From: Deltaproteobacteria bacterium
GTDB lineage: Bacteria; Myxococcota_A; UBA796; UBA2385
Reading direction: 5' to 3'
NCBI GenBank assembly: GCA_016792625.1
Contig: JAEUKK010000044.1
Coordinates: forward strand, 34,365 to 98,364
Length of the DNA: 64,000 nt
Shown here: in pieces, positions 20,050 to 29,732 of the stretch
Layout: each line of letters starts with the position of its first letter
Numbering within the stretch: position 1 is the stretch's first letter
Position numbers and translations under genes: made by a program
Notes under the pieces: model-generated
Database searches by the model: none
Told to the model about the DNA's origin: nothing
What the model saw: only the letters and a program-made list of their open reading frames with translations

Positions 20050-21342
20050 ATGTCCCCACGGTGTGCTGCGCAGGTGTTGGCAATCTGGCGTCGATATGGG
20101 GGGCGCCCAATCGACCGTGGCGCCCGGGTGGGTCGCGCGGCTGCCGCGGCGCTGCTGGCGCTTGGCCTCGGCGCGCGCGGGGCGCAGGCCGGCGCTGACG
20201 GTGTTGTGGCCTTGGCTGTGCCGTCCTCGCCCTCAGTTGACCCCCCGCCGTCGGCTGCGCCGAGCGACCCCGCGGCGAGAGCAGCGCTGGTGGTCGAGCT
20301 GCGGGCCTGCCTCGTCGCTGCGACGGCCGCGCGAGAGGCAGAGGCCGCGGCCCGCTGGGCGGCGCTCGAGGGGCTGTGGGCGCAGCCGGGGGCGGTGGCC
20401 CGGGCGGCGGCGCGGGGGCAGGTGGCCCAGCTCGTGGCCGAGCTCGAGGGGGCCAAGGTGCGCTGCGCGAACGCGGCGGGGGTCCAGGTGCGCGCGGTCA
20501 GCCCACCCGCGCTGGAGCAGGCCCGGGCCTGGCTGGCAGCGCCGCGCCCGACCCTCTCGCCGACCGATACCGGGGCGCGGGTCGAAGGCCCGATGGGGTA
20601 CCCAACCCGTCTGGTGCCCGCCGGCACCTACACCATCGGCTGCACCCCCGGTCAGCAGCCGGACTGTGGGGGTGACGAGCAGCCGACCCGCGAGCTGACC
20701 CTCAGCCGGTGGCTCTTCGTCGGCGAGGTCGAGGTGACCCAGGGCCTCTACGCCCAGCTGATGGGCCGAAACCCTGCCTTTCACGCCGGTTGCGGCGAGC
20801 GTTGCCCGGTTGAGCAAGTGAGCTGGTTCGACGCGCTGCTCTTCGCCAACGCGCTGTCGAAGGCCGAGGGCCTCGAAGAGTGCTACCGCATCAAGCAGAA
20901 CCACGTGGTGTGGCCACAGGGCACCGCGTGCTTGGGCTACCGCCTGCCCACCGAAGCCGAGTGGGAGGTCGCCGCGCGCGGCGGCCAAGACCAGCGCTTC
21001 GCCGGCGCCGCCGAAGCCGACCCCGTCGCCTGGACCTTGACCAACAGCGGCGGTGCGCCACACCCCGTGGCCCAGAAGGCGCCCAACGGGTATGGTCTGT
21101 TCGATATGAGCGGCAACCTGACCGAATGGGTGTGGGACACGTACGCCGCGACGACCTACGCCGAGGGGCCGGTGACCGACCCGCAGGGGCCCAGCGGGCC
21201 GACCGGCAGCGGCCGGCGGGTGCTGCGCGGCGGCAGCTGGCGCCTCGAGCCTGAGGCGGCGCGGCTGGCCAACCGCAATGACGGCCCGGCGGCGGGCTTG
21301 AGCAAACACCTGGGCTTTCGGTTGGTGCGCACGGCGGGGTAG
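20050..21342 (+). CDS. Formylglycine-generating-enzyme (SUMF1/FGE-sulfatase) domain protein
   Basis: ATG at 20050, in frame with track ORF 19690..21342, with a signal-like N-terminus. The C-terminal FGE-type domain carries EVTQGLYAQLMG, VSWFDALLFANALS, GYRLPTEAEWEVAARGG, NGYGLFDMSGNLTEWVWD, RVLRGGSW and GFRLVR. Confidence 0.85.
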   Translation: MSPRCAAQVLAIWRRYGGRPIDRGARVGRAAAAALLALGLGARGAQAGADGVVALAVPSSPSVDPPPSAAPSDPAARAALVVELRACLVAATAAREAEAAARWAALEGLWAQPGAVARAAARGQVAQLVAELEGAKVRCANAAGVQVRAVSPPALEQARAWLAAPRPTLSPTDTGARVEGPMGYPTRLVPAGTYTIGCTPGQQPDCGGDEQPTRELTLSRWLFVGEVEVTQGLYAQLMGRNPAFHAGCGERCPVEQVSWFDALLFANALSKAEGLEECYRIKQNHVVWPQGTACLGYRLPTEAEWEVAARGGQDQRFAGAAEADPVAWTLTNSGGAPHPVAQKAPNGYGLFDMSGNLTEWVWDTYAATTYAEGPVTDPQGPSGPTGSGRRVLRGGSWRLEPEAARLANRNDGPAAGLSKHLGFRLVRTAG

Positions 21343-21349
21343 GCCCGGG

Positions 21350-21985
21350 TCAATCCGCCCCGGTGGCTTCGCCGCCGCCGACCAGCCCGACCAGCGCCCG
21401 CAGCGTGTTCAGGTTCCGCGCGGTGAACGGCGCGCCCCGCACCACCCGGTCAAGGCGCTCGGCCAGCTTCGAGCGGCCGAAGCCATCGGGCGCGTGCATC
21501 CAGACCACGCCCGGGCAGGCGACCAGCTCTTCGCCCGGCGCGCGCAGCTCGGCCACCCGCACCTCGTCGATGGTGATCGGTCCGAACAACATCAGGCCGT
21601 GCACCAGCTTGCCCTCGGTTGGGGTGAAGGGGCAAGTCGCCACCCGGTCGCGCAGGCCCGCTGCGGTCAGCACCAAGCAGGGCACCTCGACGCCGGTCTC
21701 GGCGCGCAGCGCCGCCTCGAGGGCCGCCCCCAGCGCGGCTTCGGCGCCGGTCGCGCGAAAGAGCAGGTTGCCCGAGGCGATGTGGGTGCGCACCGCCTGC
21801 CAGCCCAAGCTTGCCGCCAGCGCGCGCAGGCGGTCCATCTTGAGGGTGAGCCCGCCGACGTTGACCGCGCGCAGCAGGGCGATGTGGTCTGTGGGGCCGG
21901 GTTCGGCGCCGCCGGCCGCCGCCGGCCGCTGTTCGGCCTCGACGGGCGCTGTCGGCGCGGGCGCGGCCTTGGCTCTGGGGGGCAC
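21350..21985 (-). CDS. DUF1697 domain protein
   Basis: 3' part of track ORF 21350..23005. HIALLRAVNVGG..LKM..LRALAASLGW..VRTHIASGNLLF is typical of DUF1697. I chose the GTG at 21985, preceded by AGGAGGA. The ORF upstream of that is Arg/Pro/Gly shadow sequence. Confidence 0.8.
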   Translation of the reverse strand: MPPRAKAAPAPTAPVEAEQRPAAAGGAEPGPTDHIALLRAVNVGGLTLKMDRLRALAASLGWQAVRTHIASGNLLFRATGAEAALGAALEAALRAETGVEVPCLVLTAAGLRDRVATCPFTPTEGKLVHGLMLFGPITIDEVRVAELRAPGEELVACPGVVWMHAPDGFGRSKLAERLDRVVRGAPFTARNLNTLRALVGLVGGGEATGAD

Positions 21986-22024
21986 GGGTCCTCCTGCGCG
22001 GGTGGGCCGCGGCGGGGGCCCCCT

Positions 22025-22130
22025 ATCCCTTGGGCGCCCCGCCGGCGCAGGCGCCGGCGTCGACCCTCCGCCGGGCTCGGCGCGTCCCGCGCCTCGGTCG
22101 GCTGCGCCGACCCGCGTGCCGCGGCCCTCT
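22025..22130 (-). repeat. Diverged inverted-orientation copy of the dispersed intergenic repeat family
   Basis: cccttgggcgcc..., gccgggctcgg... and the hairpin GGTCGGC-TGC-GCCGACC at 22096-22112 match the reverse complement of the 43906-44050 element. Confidence 0.55.
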
Positions 22131-22547
22131 GTCCGGTCTGGCGCGCGCGAGGCGCCCCCTGCAGCGCCCGCGCCCTCGTTCCACGCGCCACCCCTGCCAA
22201 AGCCCCCGCCTGCGCGCGCACTTCCGGGGCGCCGCCCCGCGCCGATCCGGTACGCACGCCGGGGCCGCGGGCCCGCCGCTGCGGTGGTCCTTTGAGCTGC
22301 CCGCCGCTGATCTCGGCCCGCTGCGCTGCGCGGCCGCGGGGTCGGGCTCGCCCACCCTGACCCTCGGCCGGGCGCGGCCCTGCCCGCCGGCGCGGCGCTC
22401 TCCGCCGCCCATGATCGGCGCGAGCTCCAGCCCCAGGTCCTCCGCTGGACGCCCTGCCCCTGGGGCGCGGCGCCCTGAGCGCGCGCGGCGCCGCCGTGGA
22501 CCTGCGCCGGGGCGCCCGTTAGCGCCGGGCTCCGCCTTGGAGCGCCT

Positions 22548-24137
22548 GTGCCCCGCCTGACCGCCCCGCCCGCCGCCGCCCTTGGCCTGGCCCTGCTCTC
22601 GTGCGGGGGCCCCCCCGCGCTGCCCGATGAGCCCCAGTTCGTGCGCGGCGGGCTCATTGTGCCCGCGGGCGCGGCGCCGGCCGGGGCGGGCCAGCCGCTG
22701 GCCGACGGGCGGGTGCTGCTGACCCAGCCGTGGGTGCCCGGCGCCCCGGTTGAGCTGGCCGGCCCAGGCGGCGCGGTTCGCGGCACCGCCCCGCTCGTGC
22801 CCGAGTGTGCCGCGCTCATTCGTGTGCCGCTCGGTGATCTGCGCGCGGCGGCCGCCCGCGGCGCGCCCGCTCCCGACACGGCGCTGGGCTTCTCGCCCGA
22901 TGGCCGCTGGCTGGCCGTGGGCACCGCCGACGGCACCCTGCTCGTGGTCGACGGCTGGACGGGCGCCGCGCGCGCGCGCCGCCGCCTGCCCGAGGCGATG
23001 GTCAAGGGCCTCGCCTGGTCGGCCGACGGGGCCGCGCTCTATGTGGCCGAGCAGAGCCCCGAGGCCACGCTGCGGGCCGTCGATCCGGCGACCCTGGCCG
23101 ACCGGTGGGCGCTGCGGCTCGCCGACCGGGTCGAGCCCAGCGCCGCCCCCGCCGGCGAGGACCTTTTTGGCGTCTACAGCCTGCCGGCCGGCTTTGGCCT
23201 CGACCGGCTGCCCGATGGCGCGCTGCTGGTCGCCGCCGCGCACTCTTGGCGGGCCGACGGTGCGCACCGCAACCTGAGCCAACTGCTCAAGATCAGCCCC
23301 GACGGCGTCATTCTCGACCAGTGGCCCGCCGCTCCGGTCGACGCCACCCTGCTCCACCCCCGCGCCTCAGCCGACGGCAGCGCGCTGGCGCTGGTGGTGG
23401 GGCGCTCGGCCGAGGGCCCGCCGCCCAGCGACCTGCCCATCCCCGCGGTCGCCCTGCTCTCGGCCGCGCCGCTGGGCGCGCCGCGCTTCGTGCAGACCCC
23501 CGCGCTCGGGCCCTGGTTCAGCGCCGCGCTGGTGTGGGAGGCGCTGGCCCTCGACGTCGAGGCCGACGTGCTGGCCATTGGCTTCGCCGACGGCCGGGTG
23601 GCCCTGCACCACGCCGATGGGCGCCCGCGGGCCCTGCTCTCGCCCGGCGCGCCCGTGCTCGCCGGTGAGCTGCCGCTGGCCGCCAGCGTGGGCGCGGTGC
23701 GCATCGGCCCCGGTCAGGTCGTGTTCACCACGACCTATACCCAGATCCCTTTTGGGGCCGCGGCCCCCGACCTGCGCCCCACGGGCGTGCACCCCGCCGA
23801 GAACACCCTGTGGTCGGTCAACCTCGACGGCTCCACCCGCTGGCGCTGGGCGGGCGGGCACCGCTTAGAGGCCCTGGCCCGGGGCCCGGGGCCCCTGCTC
23901 GCCGCCGCCGCGGGCGCCCGTACCGCTGATGACCGCCGCGACCTCTTTGGCGTGCTGGTCTTCGATCTCGATACGCCGGCCGGCGGCGACCCGCTGGCCT
24001 TGCGCTGCCCCACCGCCAGCCCGGTCACCTTCGCGCCGGCCTGGGCGCCCGACGGCCGCATCGCCGTCGCCACCCACCCCGCCAAGGGCGCCGATGGGCA
24101 AGCCTTTGGCGACTATGACCTGCTGGTGCTGCGCTGA
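22548..24137 (+). CDS. Beta-propeller-like (WD40/PQQ-like) lipoprotein
   Basis: GTG start. MPRLTAPPAAALGLALLSCGG lipobox. Blade-like segments LGFSPDGRWLAVGTADGTLLVVD, GLAWSADGAALYVAE and FAPAWAPDGRIAVAT. Confidence 0.8.
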   Translation: MPRLTAPPAAALGLALLSCGGPPALPDEPQFVRGGLIVPAGAAPAGAGQPLADGRVLLTQPWVPGAPVELAGPGGAVRGTAPLVPECAALIRVPLGDLRAAAARGAPAPDTALGFSPDGRWLAVGTADGTLLVVDGWTGAARARRRLPEAMVKGLAWSADGAALYVAEQSPEATLRAVDPATLADRWALRLADRVEPSAAPAGEDLFGVYSLPAGFGLDRLPDGALLVAAAHSWRADGAHRNLSQLLKISPDGVILDQWPAAPVDATLLHPRASADGSALALVVGRSAEGPPPSDLPIPAVALLSAAPLGAPRFVQTPALGPWFSAALVWEALALDVEADVLAIGFADGRVALHHADGRPRALLSPGAPVLAGELPLAASVGAVRIGPGQVVFTTTYTQIPFGAAAPDLRPTGVHPAENTLWSVNLDGSTRWRWAGGHRLEALARGPGPLLAAAAGARTADDRRDLFGVLVFDLDTPAGGDPLALRCPTASPVTFAPAWAPDGRIAVATHPAKGADGQAFGDYDLLVLR

Positions 24138-24292
24138 GGTGGGGGCGGCGCGCCGGGGCCGCGGGCGCGGCCGCCCTGCTCTGCGGCTGCGGGCCGCTGG
24201 CCCCGCCGGCCGCCCGGTGGACCGCCGAGGGCGTCGAGCTGCAGGCTGAGGATGCCCTGCTGCGCGTCGAGCTCGTCGATCCACATGGGCAA

Positions 24293-25900
24293 GTGCACGC
24301 CCGCTTGCGGCCCGCGCCGGGGGTTCGGGCCCTGCTGCTGCCGGTGCCTGACCAGCCCGCCGGCGCCTGGACCGCCGGGCTCACCACCACAGAGGGGGTC
24401 TATGCCCTGCCTTTTGAGGTGCCCGCCGACTCGCCGGCGCTGACCCTCTCTCTGTCTGCGCCGGTGGGGCAGCCCCCGGCCACGGTCTATCCCGGTGACG
24501 AGATCGCGGTCTCGCTGCTCGACGGCGCCCCGGCCCCGGTCGCGTTGACCGTCTCTCCGCGGCGGGCGGGCCCGCTGGTGGTCTCGCGCGACGGCGCGCC
24601 GCTCTGGTCGGGAGAGGCGGCGGCCGGCGCGCCCGTGCTCGTGCAGTGGACGCTGCAGGACGATGATCAGGTCGAGGTGACGCTCGGCGGGCTGTCGACC
24701 GCGCTGCGCCTGCGCGCCCAGCCCCTGCCCCGCGCCCAGGCCCAGGCGGCGGTCGCGGTGCGGGCGCTGCACCTGCCCGCCGACCCCCGCGGCGCGCCCC
24801 GACCCGGGCGCAGCCCTGACCGCCTGCACCTGCCCGCCCCCTGGTGGCGGGCGGCGCTGGGGGCGCTGGGCCTGGGCACCGCCGCGCGGGACCCCTGGGC
24901 CCCCTTCGCTTATGCGGGGGTCGAGGTGCACAACAGCGGCCCGCACGACCTTCAGCTATCGGTCTCGCTGCGGGTCGAGGACGGCGGCGGCCAGCCCGCC
25001 CCGGCCTTCCGCCCCCGCCTGCGCGGCGGCGAGGCCGAGACCGGCGCGGTGCGGGCCCTGCTGCGGGTGCCGGCCGGCGGCGCGGCGGTGGCCGCCTTGC
25101 CCATCTACCTCGACGAGGGCGCCCTGCCCGAGGGTGAAGGCGCGCTGCTGCAGCAGGCGGTGGTCGAGCTGCGGGCGCTGGGCGGCCCCGCCCTGCTGCA
25201 CAGCGCGCGGCGGCCCTTCGCCCTGGCCCGCGGCTCGACCTGGGCCAGCGCGGGCCTCGCGCTGGCCTTGGGGGCGGGCGCGGCGGGGGCCCTGCTCATC
25301 GCCCTGCGCCTGCGGGCCTGGCTGCGGCTGCCGACCGGGACCTTGATGACCATCGCGCTGTTCTCGTCGCTCTCGCTGATCGTGAGCGCCGGCGCGCGGC
25401 TCTTCGCCACGGGCCTAGCCAGCCTGCTTGGGCCCCTGTCGGTGTTGGTCTCGGGCCTCGTGGATGACGTGCTGCGCGTCACCTTGCTCGCCACGCTGCT
25501 CATGTTGTGCCCGCGGCGCGGGGTGGCCGCCCTGCACGCCCTGGTCGGCTGGCTGCTCGGCGGGGTGGTGCTCGGCGACTTCTCGCCCACTGACGTCATC
25601 CTCGTCGGAGGGCGTGCGCTGTGGCTCGAGCTCGGCGCCGCGCTCAGCGGCCTGAGCGCCGGCCCCGCCTGGACCCAGGGCGGGCGCCTCTCGCGCTGGC
25701 TGCGCCTGAGCCTGGGTCTGGGCCTCGCCCAGCTCGGGGCCAGCGCCGCGGGCGTGGCCCTGCACACAACCCTCTACCGGCTGTTTATGGCCGATTGGTA
25801 CGTCATCCTCGTGCTGGCGGGGCCGGGCTTCCTCTATGTGGCGCTGGCCGCCGCCCTCTCGCTGCCCTTCGCTGAGGCCCTGCGCCGGGTGCAGCGTTGA
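24293..25900 (+). CDS. Membrane protein: ~330-aa extracytoplasmic N-domain plus C-terminal 5-6 TM bundle (possible substrate-capture component of the downstream ECF-type transporter)
   Basis: Track ORF. The frame is open from 24119 and the upstream in-frame peptide (L)RWGRRAGAAGAAALLCGCGP looks like a lipoprotein signal, so the true start may be the CTG at 24134. The stop overlaps the next gene. Confidence 0.7.
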   Translation: MHARLRPAPGVRALLLPVPDQPAGAWTAGLTTTEGVYALPFEVPADSPALTLSLSAPVGQPPATVYPGDEIAVSLLDGAPAPVALTVSPRRAGPLVVSRDGAPLWSGEAAAGAPVLVQWTLQDDDQVEVTLGGLSTALRLRAQPLPRAQAQAAVAVRALHLPADPRGAPRPGRSPDRLHLPAPWWRAALGALGLGTAARDPWAPFAYAGVEVHNSGPHDLQLSVSLRVEDGGGQPAPAFRPRLRGGEAETGAVRALLRVPAGGAAVAALPIYLDEGALPEGEGALLQQAVVELRALGGPALLHSARRPFALARGSTWASAGLALALGAGAAGALLIALRLRAWLRLPTGTLMTIALFSSLSLIVSAGARLFATGLASLLGPLSVLVSGLVDDVLRVTLLATLLMLCPRRGVAALHALVGWLLGGVVLGDFSPTDVILVGGRALWLELGAALSGLSAGPAWTQGGRLSRWLRLSLGLGLAQLGASAAGVALHTTLYRLFMADWYVILVLAGPGFLYVALAAALSLPFAEALRRVQR

Positions 25901-28473
25901 GCGGAGTGATGGAGATATCGGGAGAGGAGGGGGCGCTGCTGCGCCTCGTCGATGCGGGCTACCGCTATCCATCGGCGGAGGCGCCGCAGCTCGCAGGGGT
26001 CTCCCTCAGCCTTCGACCCGGAGAGCTCGTGCTGCTCACCGGCCCCACCGGCTGCGGCAAGTCGACCCTGCTGCGCCTCGCCGCGGGCCTGCTCAGCGGC
26101 GAGGGCGGGGGGCAGGCCACCGGCGGCATGTGGCTGGGCGACGCGCCGCTCGAGGCCCTCGGCCCGGCCGAACGGGCACGACGGGTGGCCTTTGTGGGCC
26201 AAGAGCCCCATGACCAACTGCTGACCGCAACGGTGGGTGATGAGCTCTGCTTCGGGCCGGCCAGCGTCGGCGCCCCACCCGCGGCCCAGCGCGCGCTGAT
26301 CGCGCCCGCGCTGACCGCCGCCGGCCTGCCACAGGACGCAGCGCGCCCCGTCGTGGCCCTCTCGGGCGGGCAAGTCCAGCGCCTGATCACCGCCGCGGCC
26401 GCGGCCGCCGGCGCCCCCCTGCTGCTGCTCGACGAACCCCTGGCCCACCTCGACCCGGCGGGGGCCCGCGCGCTCTGCGCCGACCTGCGGCGGCGGGCCG
26501 AGGCCGGCGCCGCCGTGCTCATCGTCGAGCACCGCTTAGAGGCGGCCCTGCCGGTGGCGGATCGGGTGCTCACCATGGTCGGCGGTCGCCTGCTGCGCGA
26601 GGACCGCGGGATTGGCCCCGGGCACGCCGTCCTCGAGGTCTGGCGAGGCCTGGGCCTGAGCCTGCCAGTCGAGCTGCAGCTCGCCGACCGCCTGGGTCTG
26701 CCCATCGAGGGCCTGGATGCGGCGCTCTGCGGTGCCGCGGGCCTGCCCAGCCGACCCGAGGGCGGGGCGGAGGGGGCGGCGCATCGCGCCTGGGACCTCG
26801 GGCCGCAGCGCCACACCCACCCCGGCGGGGGCGGCGTGGACCTGAGCGGCCTGCGCCTCGGCCCGGGCGCGCGGGTGGCCTTGCTCGGCGGCAACGGCGC
26901 GGGGAAAAGCACGCTCATCGGGCTGCTCTCGGGGCGGCTCGGCCCGGCGCGCCGGGCGGGCCCCCGGGCCCTCGAGGTGCCCCAAGACCCGGACCTGAGC
27001 CTGTTCTGCCCGACGGTGGCCGAGGAGCTGGCCTACGGCGCCCGGGCCCGCGGCGCGCCCCCCGACCCTGCGGTCCTAGCGGCGGCAGAGGCCCTCTCGG
27101 TCACAGCGCTGCTCGAGGCCGCGCCCCACGCCCTCAGCCGCGGCCAGCGCCTGCGGGTGGCGGTCGCCGCCGCGCTCTGCGCCGGGCCCGCCCTGCTGCT
27201 GCTCGATGAGCCGACCAGCGGCCAAGACGAGGCCCAGGTCGAGGCGCTGATGGCCGCCTTGGCCCGGGCCGCCGCTGGCCGCCCGCCAGGTGACCCCCTC
27301 GGGGATGGCCCGCTGGCCGTCGTCTTCGCCACTCACGACATCGGGGTGGCCCTGCGCCACGCCGACCGCTGGCTGGTGCTCGACCGGGGTCGCCTCGTCT
27401 ACGATGGCCCGCCCGCCGATGGTCTCGCCGCGCTGCCCGCCGCCCTGCCGCTGCCGCCCCTGCTCGCGCGCTGCCGCCGCCTGGGCCTGCCCGCCCGCGC
27501 GGCGCTGGCCCTGCTCGAGGCTGCCCGAGAGGGGGGCGCGGCGCAGCTCGACCCTCTGCGCAGCCCCGAGGGGCGCCTGCCCGCGGGCGCGCTCGCCGCA
27601 GAGACCCCTCCTGTGGGGAGCAGGGGGGCCTCGCCCGCGCGCGACGACGAAACAGACCCCCCTCTGTCGCGCGCGGGTGGTCTCGACCCCCGGGCCCGCG
27701 TGGTGCTGGTGCTCACCGCAGGGGTGGCCGCGCTGTGCCTCGAGCGCCCCGCCGCGCTCGCCGCCCTGACCCTGGCCTGCGCGGCCCCGCTGGCCAGCGC
27801 GCCCCGGCCCCTGCGCGCCTTGGGCCAAGCCGCGCTGCTCGTGGCCTTCTTGGTCTGGAGCACGATGCTCTCGCAGGGGCTGTTCTACGGGGATGAGCCC
27901 CGCAGCGCGCTCTTCGTGCTGCCGGTGGTCGAGGCGCCGGTCTGGCGCGAGGGCCTGCGCTGGGGCGCGGCCCAGGCCCTGCGCTTCGCCGCGATGACCC
28001 TGGCCGGCCTCAGCCTGAGCCTGCACACACCGGCCGCCGCCCTGCAGCGGGGCCTCGTCGGCCTCGGCTGCCCGCCCGCGCTGGCCTTGCTCGTCGCCAC
28101 CGCCCTGCGCGCCTTGCCCACCCTGCGCGATGAGCTGGTCGCCGTGCGCGCCGCCCAGCGCAGCCGGGGCGGTCGCCTGGCCCGGCACCCCCGCGCGGCC
28201 CTGCAGACCCTGCTGCCGGTGGTCGCCCGGTCGGCCCGCCGCGCCTGGACCCTCGCCGAGAGCCTGCGCGCGCGGGGCTTCGACCCCGATCAGCCAAGGG
28301 TCGAACGAGAGCCCCTGCGCCTCGACGCCCGCGACGCCCTGGTGCTCGCCGCCTGCGCGCTGGTGGCCGGCGGCCTGCTCGCCGCGCGGGGCCTCTACCT
28401 GCTCTACACCGCGGAGATCTGGGCGCACCCCGCGACCCTTCCCCTGCTCGACCTCGTGCGCCGCTGGCTGTAG
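25897..28473 (+). CDS. Fused ECF-type transporter: two ABC ATPase domains (EcfA-EcfA') plus C-terminal EcfT/CbiQ-like transmembrane domain
   Basis: First ATPase: Walker A GPTGCGKST, signature LSGGQVQRL, Walker B LLLLDEP. Second ATPase: GGNGAGKST, LSRGQRLRV, LLLLDEPTSGQD. The C-terminal ~270 aa is polytopic with CbiQ-like Arg-containing coupling helices (ALRALPTLRDELVAVRAAQRSRGG). The start could be TTG 25897, GTG 25906 or ATG 25909. Confidence 0.85.
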   Translation: MSGVMEISGEEGALLRLVDAGYRYPSAEAPQLAGVSLSLRPGELVLLTGPTGCGKSTLLRLAAGLLSGEGGGQATGGMWLGDAPLEALGPAERARRVAFVGQEPHDQLLTATVGDELCFGPASVGAPPAAQRALIAPALTAAGLPQDAARPVVALSGGQVQRLITAAAAAAGAPLLLLDEPLAHLDPAGARALCADLRRRAEAGAAVLIVEHRLEAALPVADRVLTMVGGRLLREDRGIGPGHAVLEVWRGLGLSLPVELQLADRLGLPIEGLDAALCGAAGLPSRPEGGAEGAAHRAWDLGPQRHTHPGGGGVDLSGLRLGPGARVALLGGNGAGKSTLIGLLSGRLGPARRAGPRALEVPQDPDLSLFCPTVAEELAYGARARGAPPDPAVLAAAEALSVTALLEAAPHALSRGQRLRVAVAAALCAGPALLLLDEPTSGQDEAQVEALMAALARAAAGRPPGDPLGDGPLAVVFATHDIGVALRHADRWLVLDRGRLVYDGPPADGLAALPAALPLPPLLARCRRLGLPARAALALLEAAREGGAAQLDPLRSPEGRLPAGALAAETPPVGSRGASPARDDETDPPLSRAGGLDPRARVVLVLTAGVAALCLERPAALAALTLACAAPLASAPRPLRALGQAALLVAFLVWSTMLSQGLFYGDEPRSALFVLPVVEAPVWREGLRWGAAQALRFAAMTLAGLSLSLHTPAAALQRGLVGLGCPPALALLVATALRALPTLRDELVAVRAAQRSRGGRLARHPRAALQTLLPVVARSARRAWTLAESLRARGFDPDQPRVEREPLRLDARDALVLAACALVAGGLLAARGLYLLYTAEIWAHPATLPLLDLVRRWL

Positions 28474-28630
28474 CCTTCGGGTCTCTCGGGGTTGGGGCCG
28501 CGTTGGGCGGCAGGGACCGCGTCGTGAGCAGGCGTCGGCGCGCGCCGCTTCGATCTGTGCGCCGCGCACCGGGGGCGTTGCGGGGGCGGCGCCCCCGCCC
28601 ATCGAAGGATTGGACGCTGGGCATGACCGG

Positions 28631-29230
28631 TCAGTAGACGGGGCCCAAGATCAGCCGTGGATCGGGGTAGTGGGCCAGCGCCGCCGCCCGGTCGGCCAGG
28701 GCCACCGCGCCGGGCAGGTCGTGGGTCTGGGGGCGCTCCCAGCAGAGCTGGACGTGCACATGGGGCGGCCAGCCGCCGTTCTCGTGGCGTTCGCCCAACC
28801 AGCCGAGCACGGCGCCGGCCTCGAAGCGGCGACCGACCGGGCTGCGGCGCAGGCTCTCGGCGCTCAGGTGGCCGAGCAGCACGTAGAGCACGCGATTGTC
28901 GACGAGGTGGGCGCAGACCAACACGTGCCCATAGTCGCCGTCGGCCGGGTTGTAGCCGGCCTGCTCGACCCAGCCCGGGGCCCAGGCGTGCACGGCGATC
29001 CCCGCCGGACCCCCGAGGTCGACACCCACGTGCAGGTTGCGCGGCGCTGGCCCATTGGTGAACAGCGGCGTGGTGTAGATGCCGCGCAGCTCGTCATACC
29101 GGCCGATCTGCCATGGGTGGTCAGGCAGCACGAGCGCAGCGGGGGGAGGAGAGAGGTCGACCACCACCGCGTGCGGCGGCAGCAAAACGACCGGGTGGGG
29201 TGAGGGGATCAGGGTCGGTGGGCGGTCCAT
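28631..29230 (-). CDS. M23-family metallopeptidase-like protein
   Basis: HxxxD motif HVGVDL, GHL, and HxH motif HVHVQL in the expected order. Confidence 0.8.
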   Translation of the reverse strand: MDRPPTLIPSPHPVVLLPPHAVVVDLSPPPAALVLPDHPWQIGRYDELRGIYTTPLFTNGPAPRNLHVGVDLGGPAGIAVHAWAPGWVEQAGYNPADGDYGHVLVCAHLVDNRVLYVLLGHLSAESLRRSPVGRRFEAGAVLGWLGERHENGGWPPHVHVQLCWERPQTHDLPGAVALADRAAALAHYPDPRLILGPVY

Positions 29231-29732
29231 GGGGCCTCGGGTGGGAGCGTGGGGCGCCGGCGGCCCCCCTCCGCGCCCGGCCGCGTAGCCCGTCGGGGGC
29301 GCCGCCGTGCTCGCCGACCGAATGACCCGCCAATGGCGGGCTTTTTCCTCCTACGGCCTCCCTGTTCGCGATGGGGACCTGGCGGGTTTGGCAGAGCTTC
29401 GTTGAGGACCTCCGCGTTGCCATCCGGGGCTACCTGCGCAGCCAACCAATTCAGCGGGCTCAGAGTAGGGCTGCGTTCCGCTTCCCAGAAGCCAGGAGGA
29501 AGCTACGATGTCAACGAATATCGAAGGCCCCCTTGGATGGGTCAATGTTAGCGCCTATGCCCCTCGGCGGCGGGTCGCTGCGCTCAGGTCGCTGGTCGGC
29601 CCCGCCGGGCCGTGCTTGATGCCAGATCGACGCGGAGGGCGCTGCACCGCTCCCCCTCCCTGGGCCGGCCCGGCCCCGGCGGCCAAAGGCCGGGCATGGA
29701 CCGGCCCGATCTGAAGGTGCGCGCTCAGCAGC

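Noticed and set aside
29340-29620. SRP RNA, 6S RNA, a riboswitch or another structured ncRNA in the low-GC gap
   Set aside because: There is a superficial resemblance (ccaggaggaagc versus the SRP domain IV GGAAGGAAGC). However, the conserved flanking GNAR tetraloop and symmetric-loop context is absent on both strands. There is no support without a covariance-model search.
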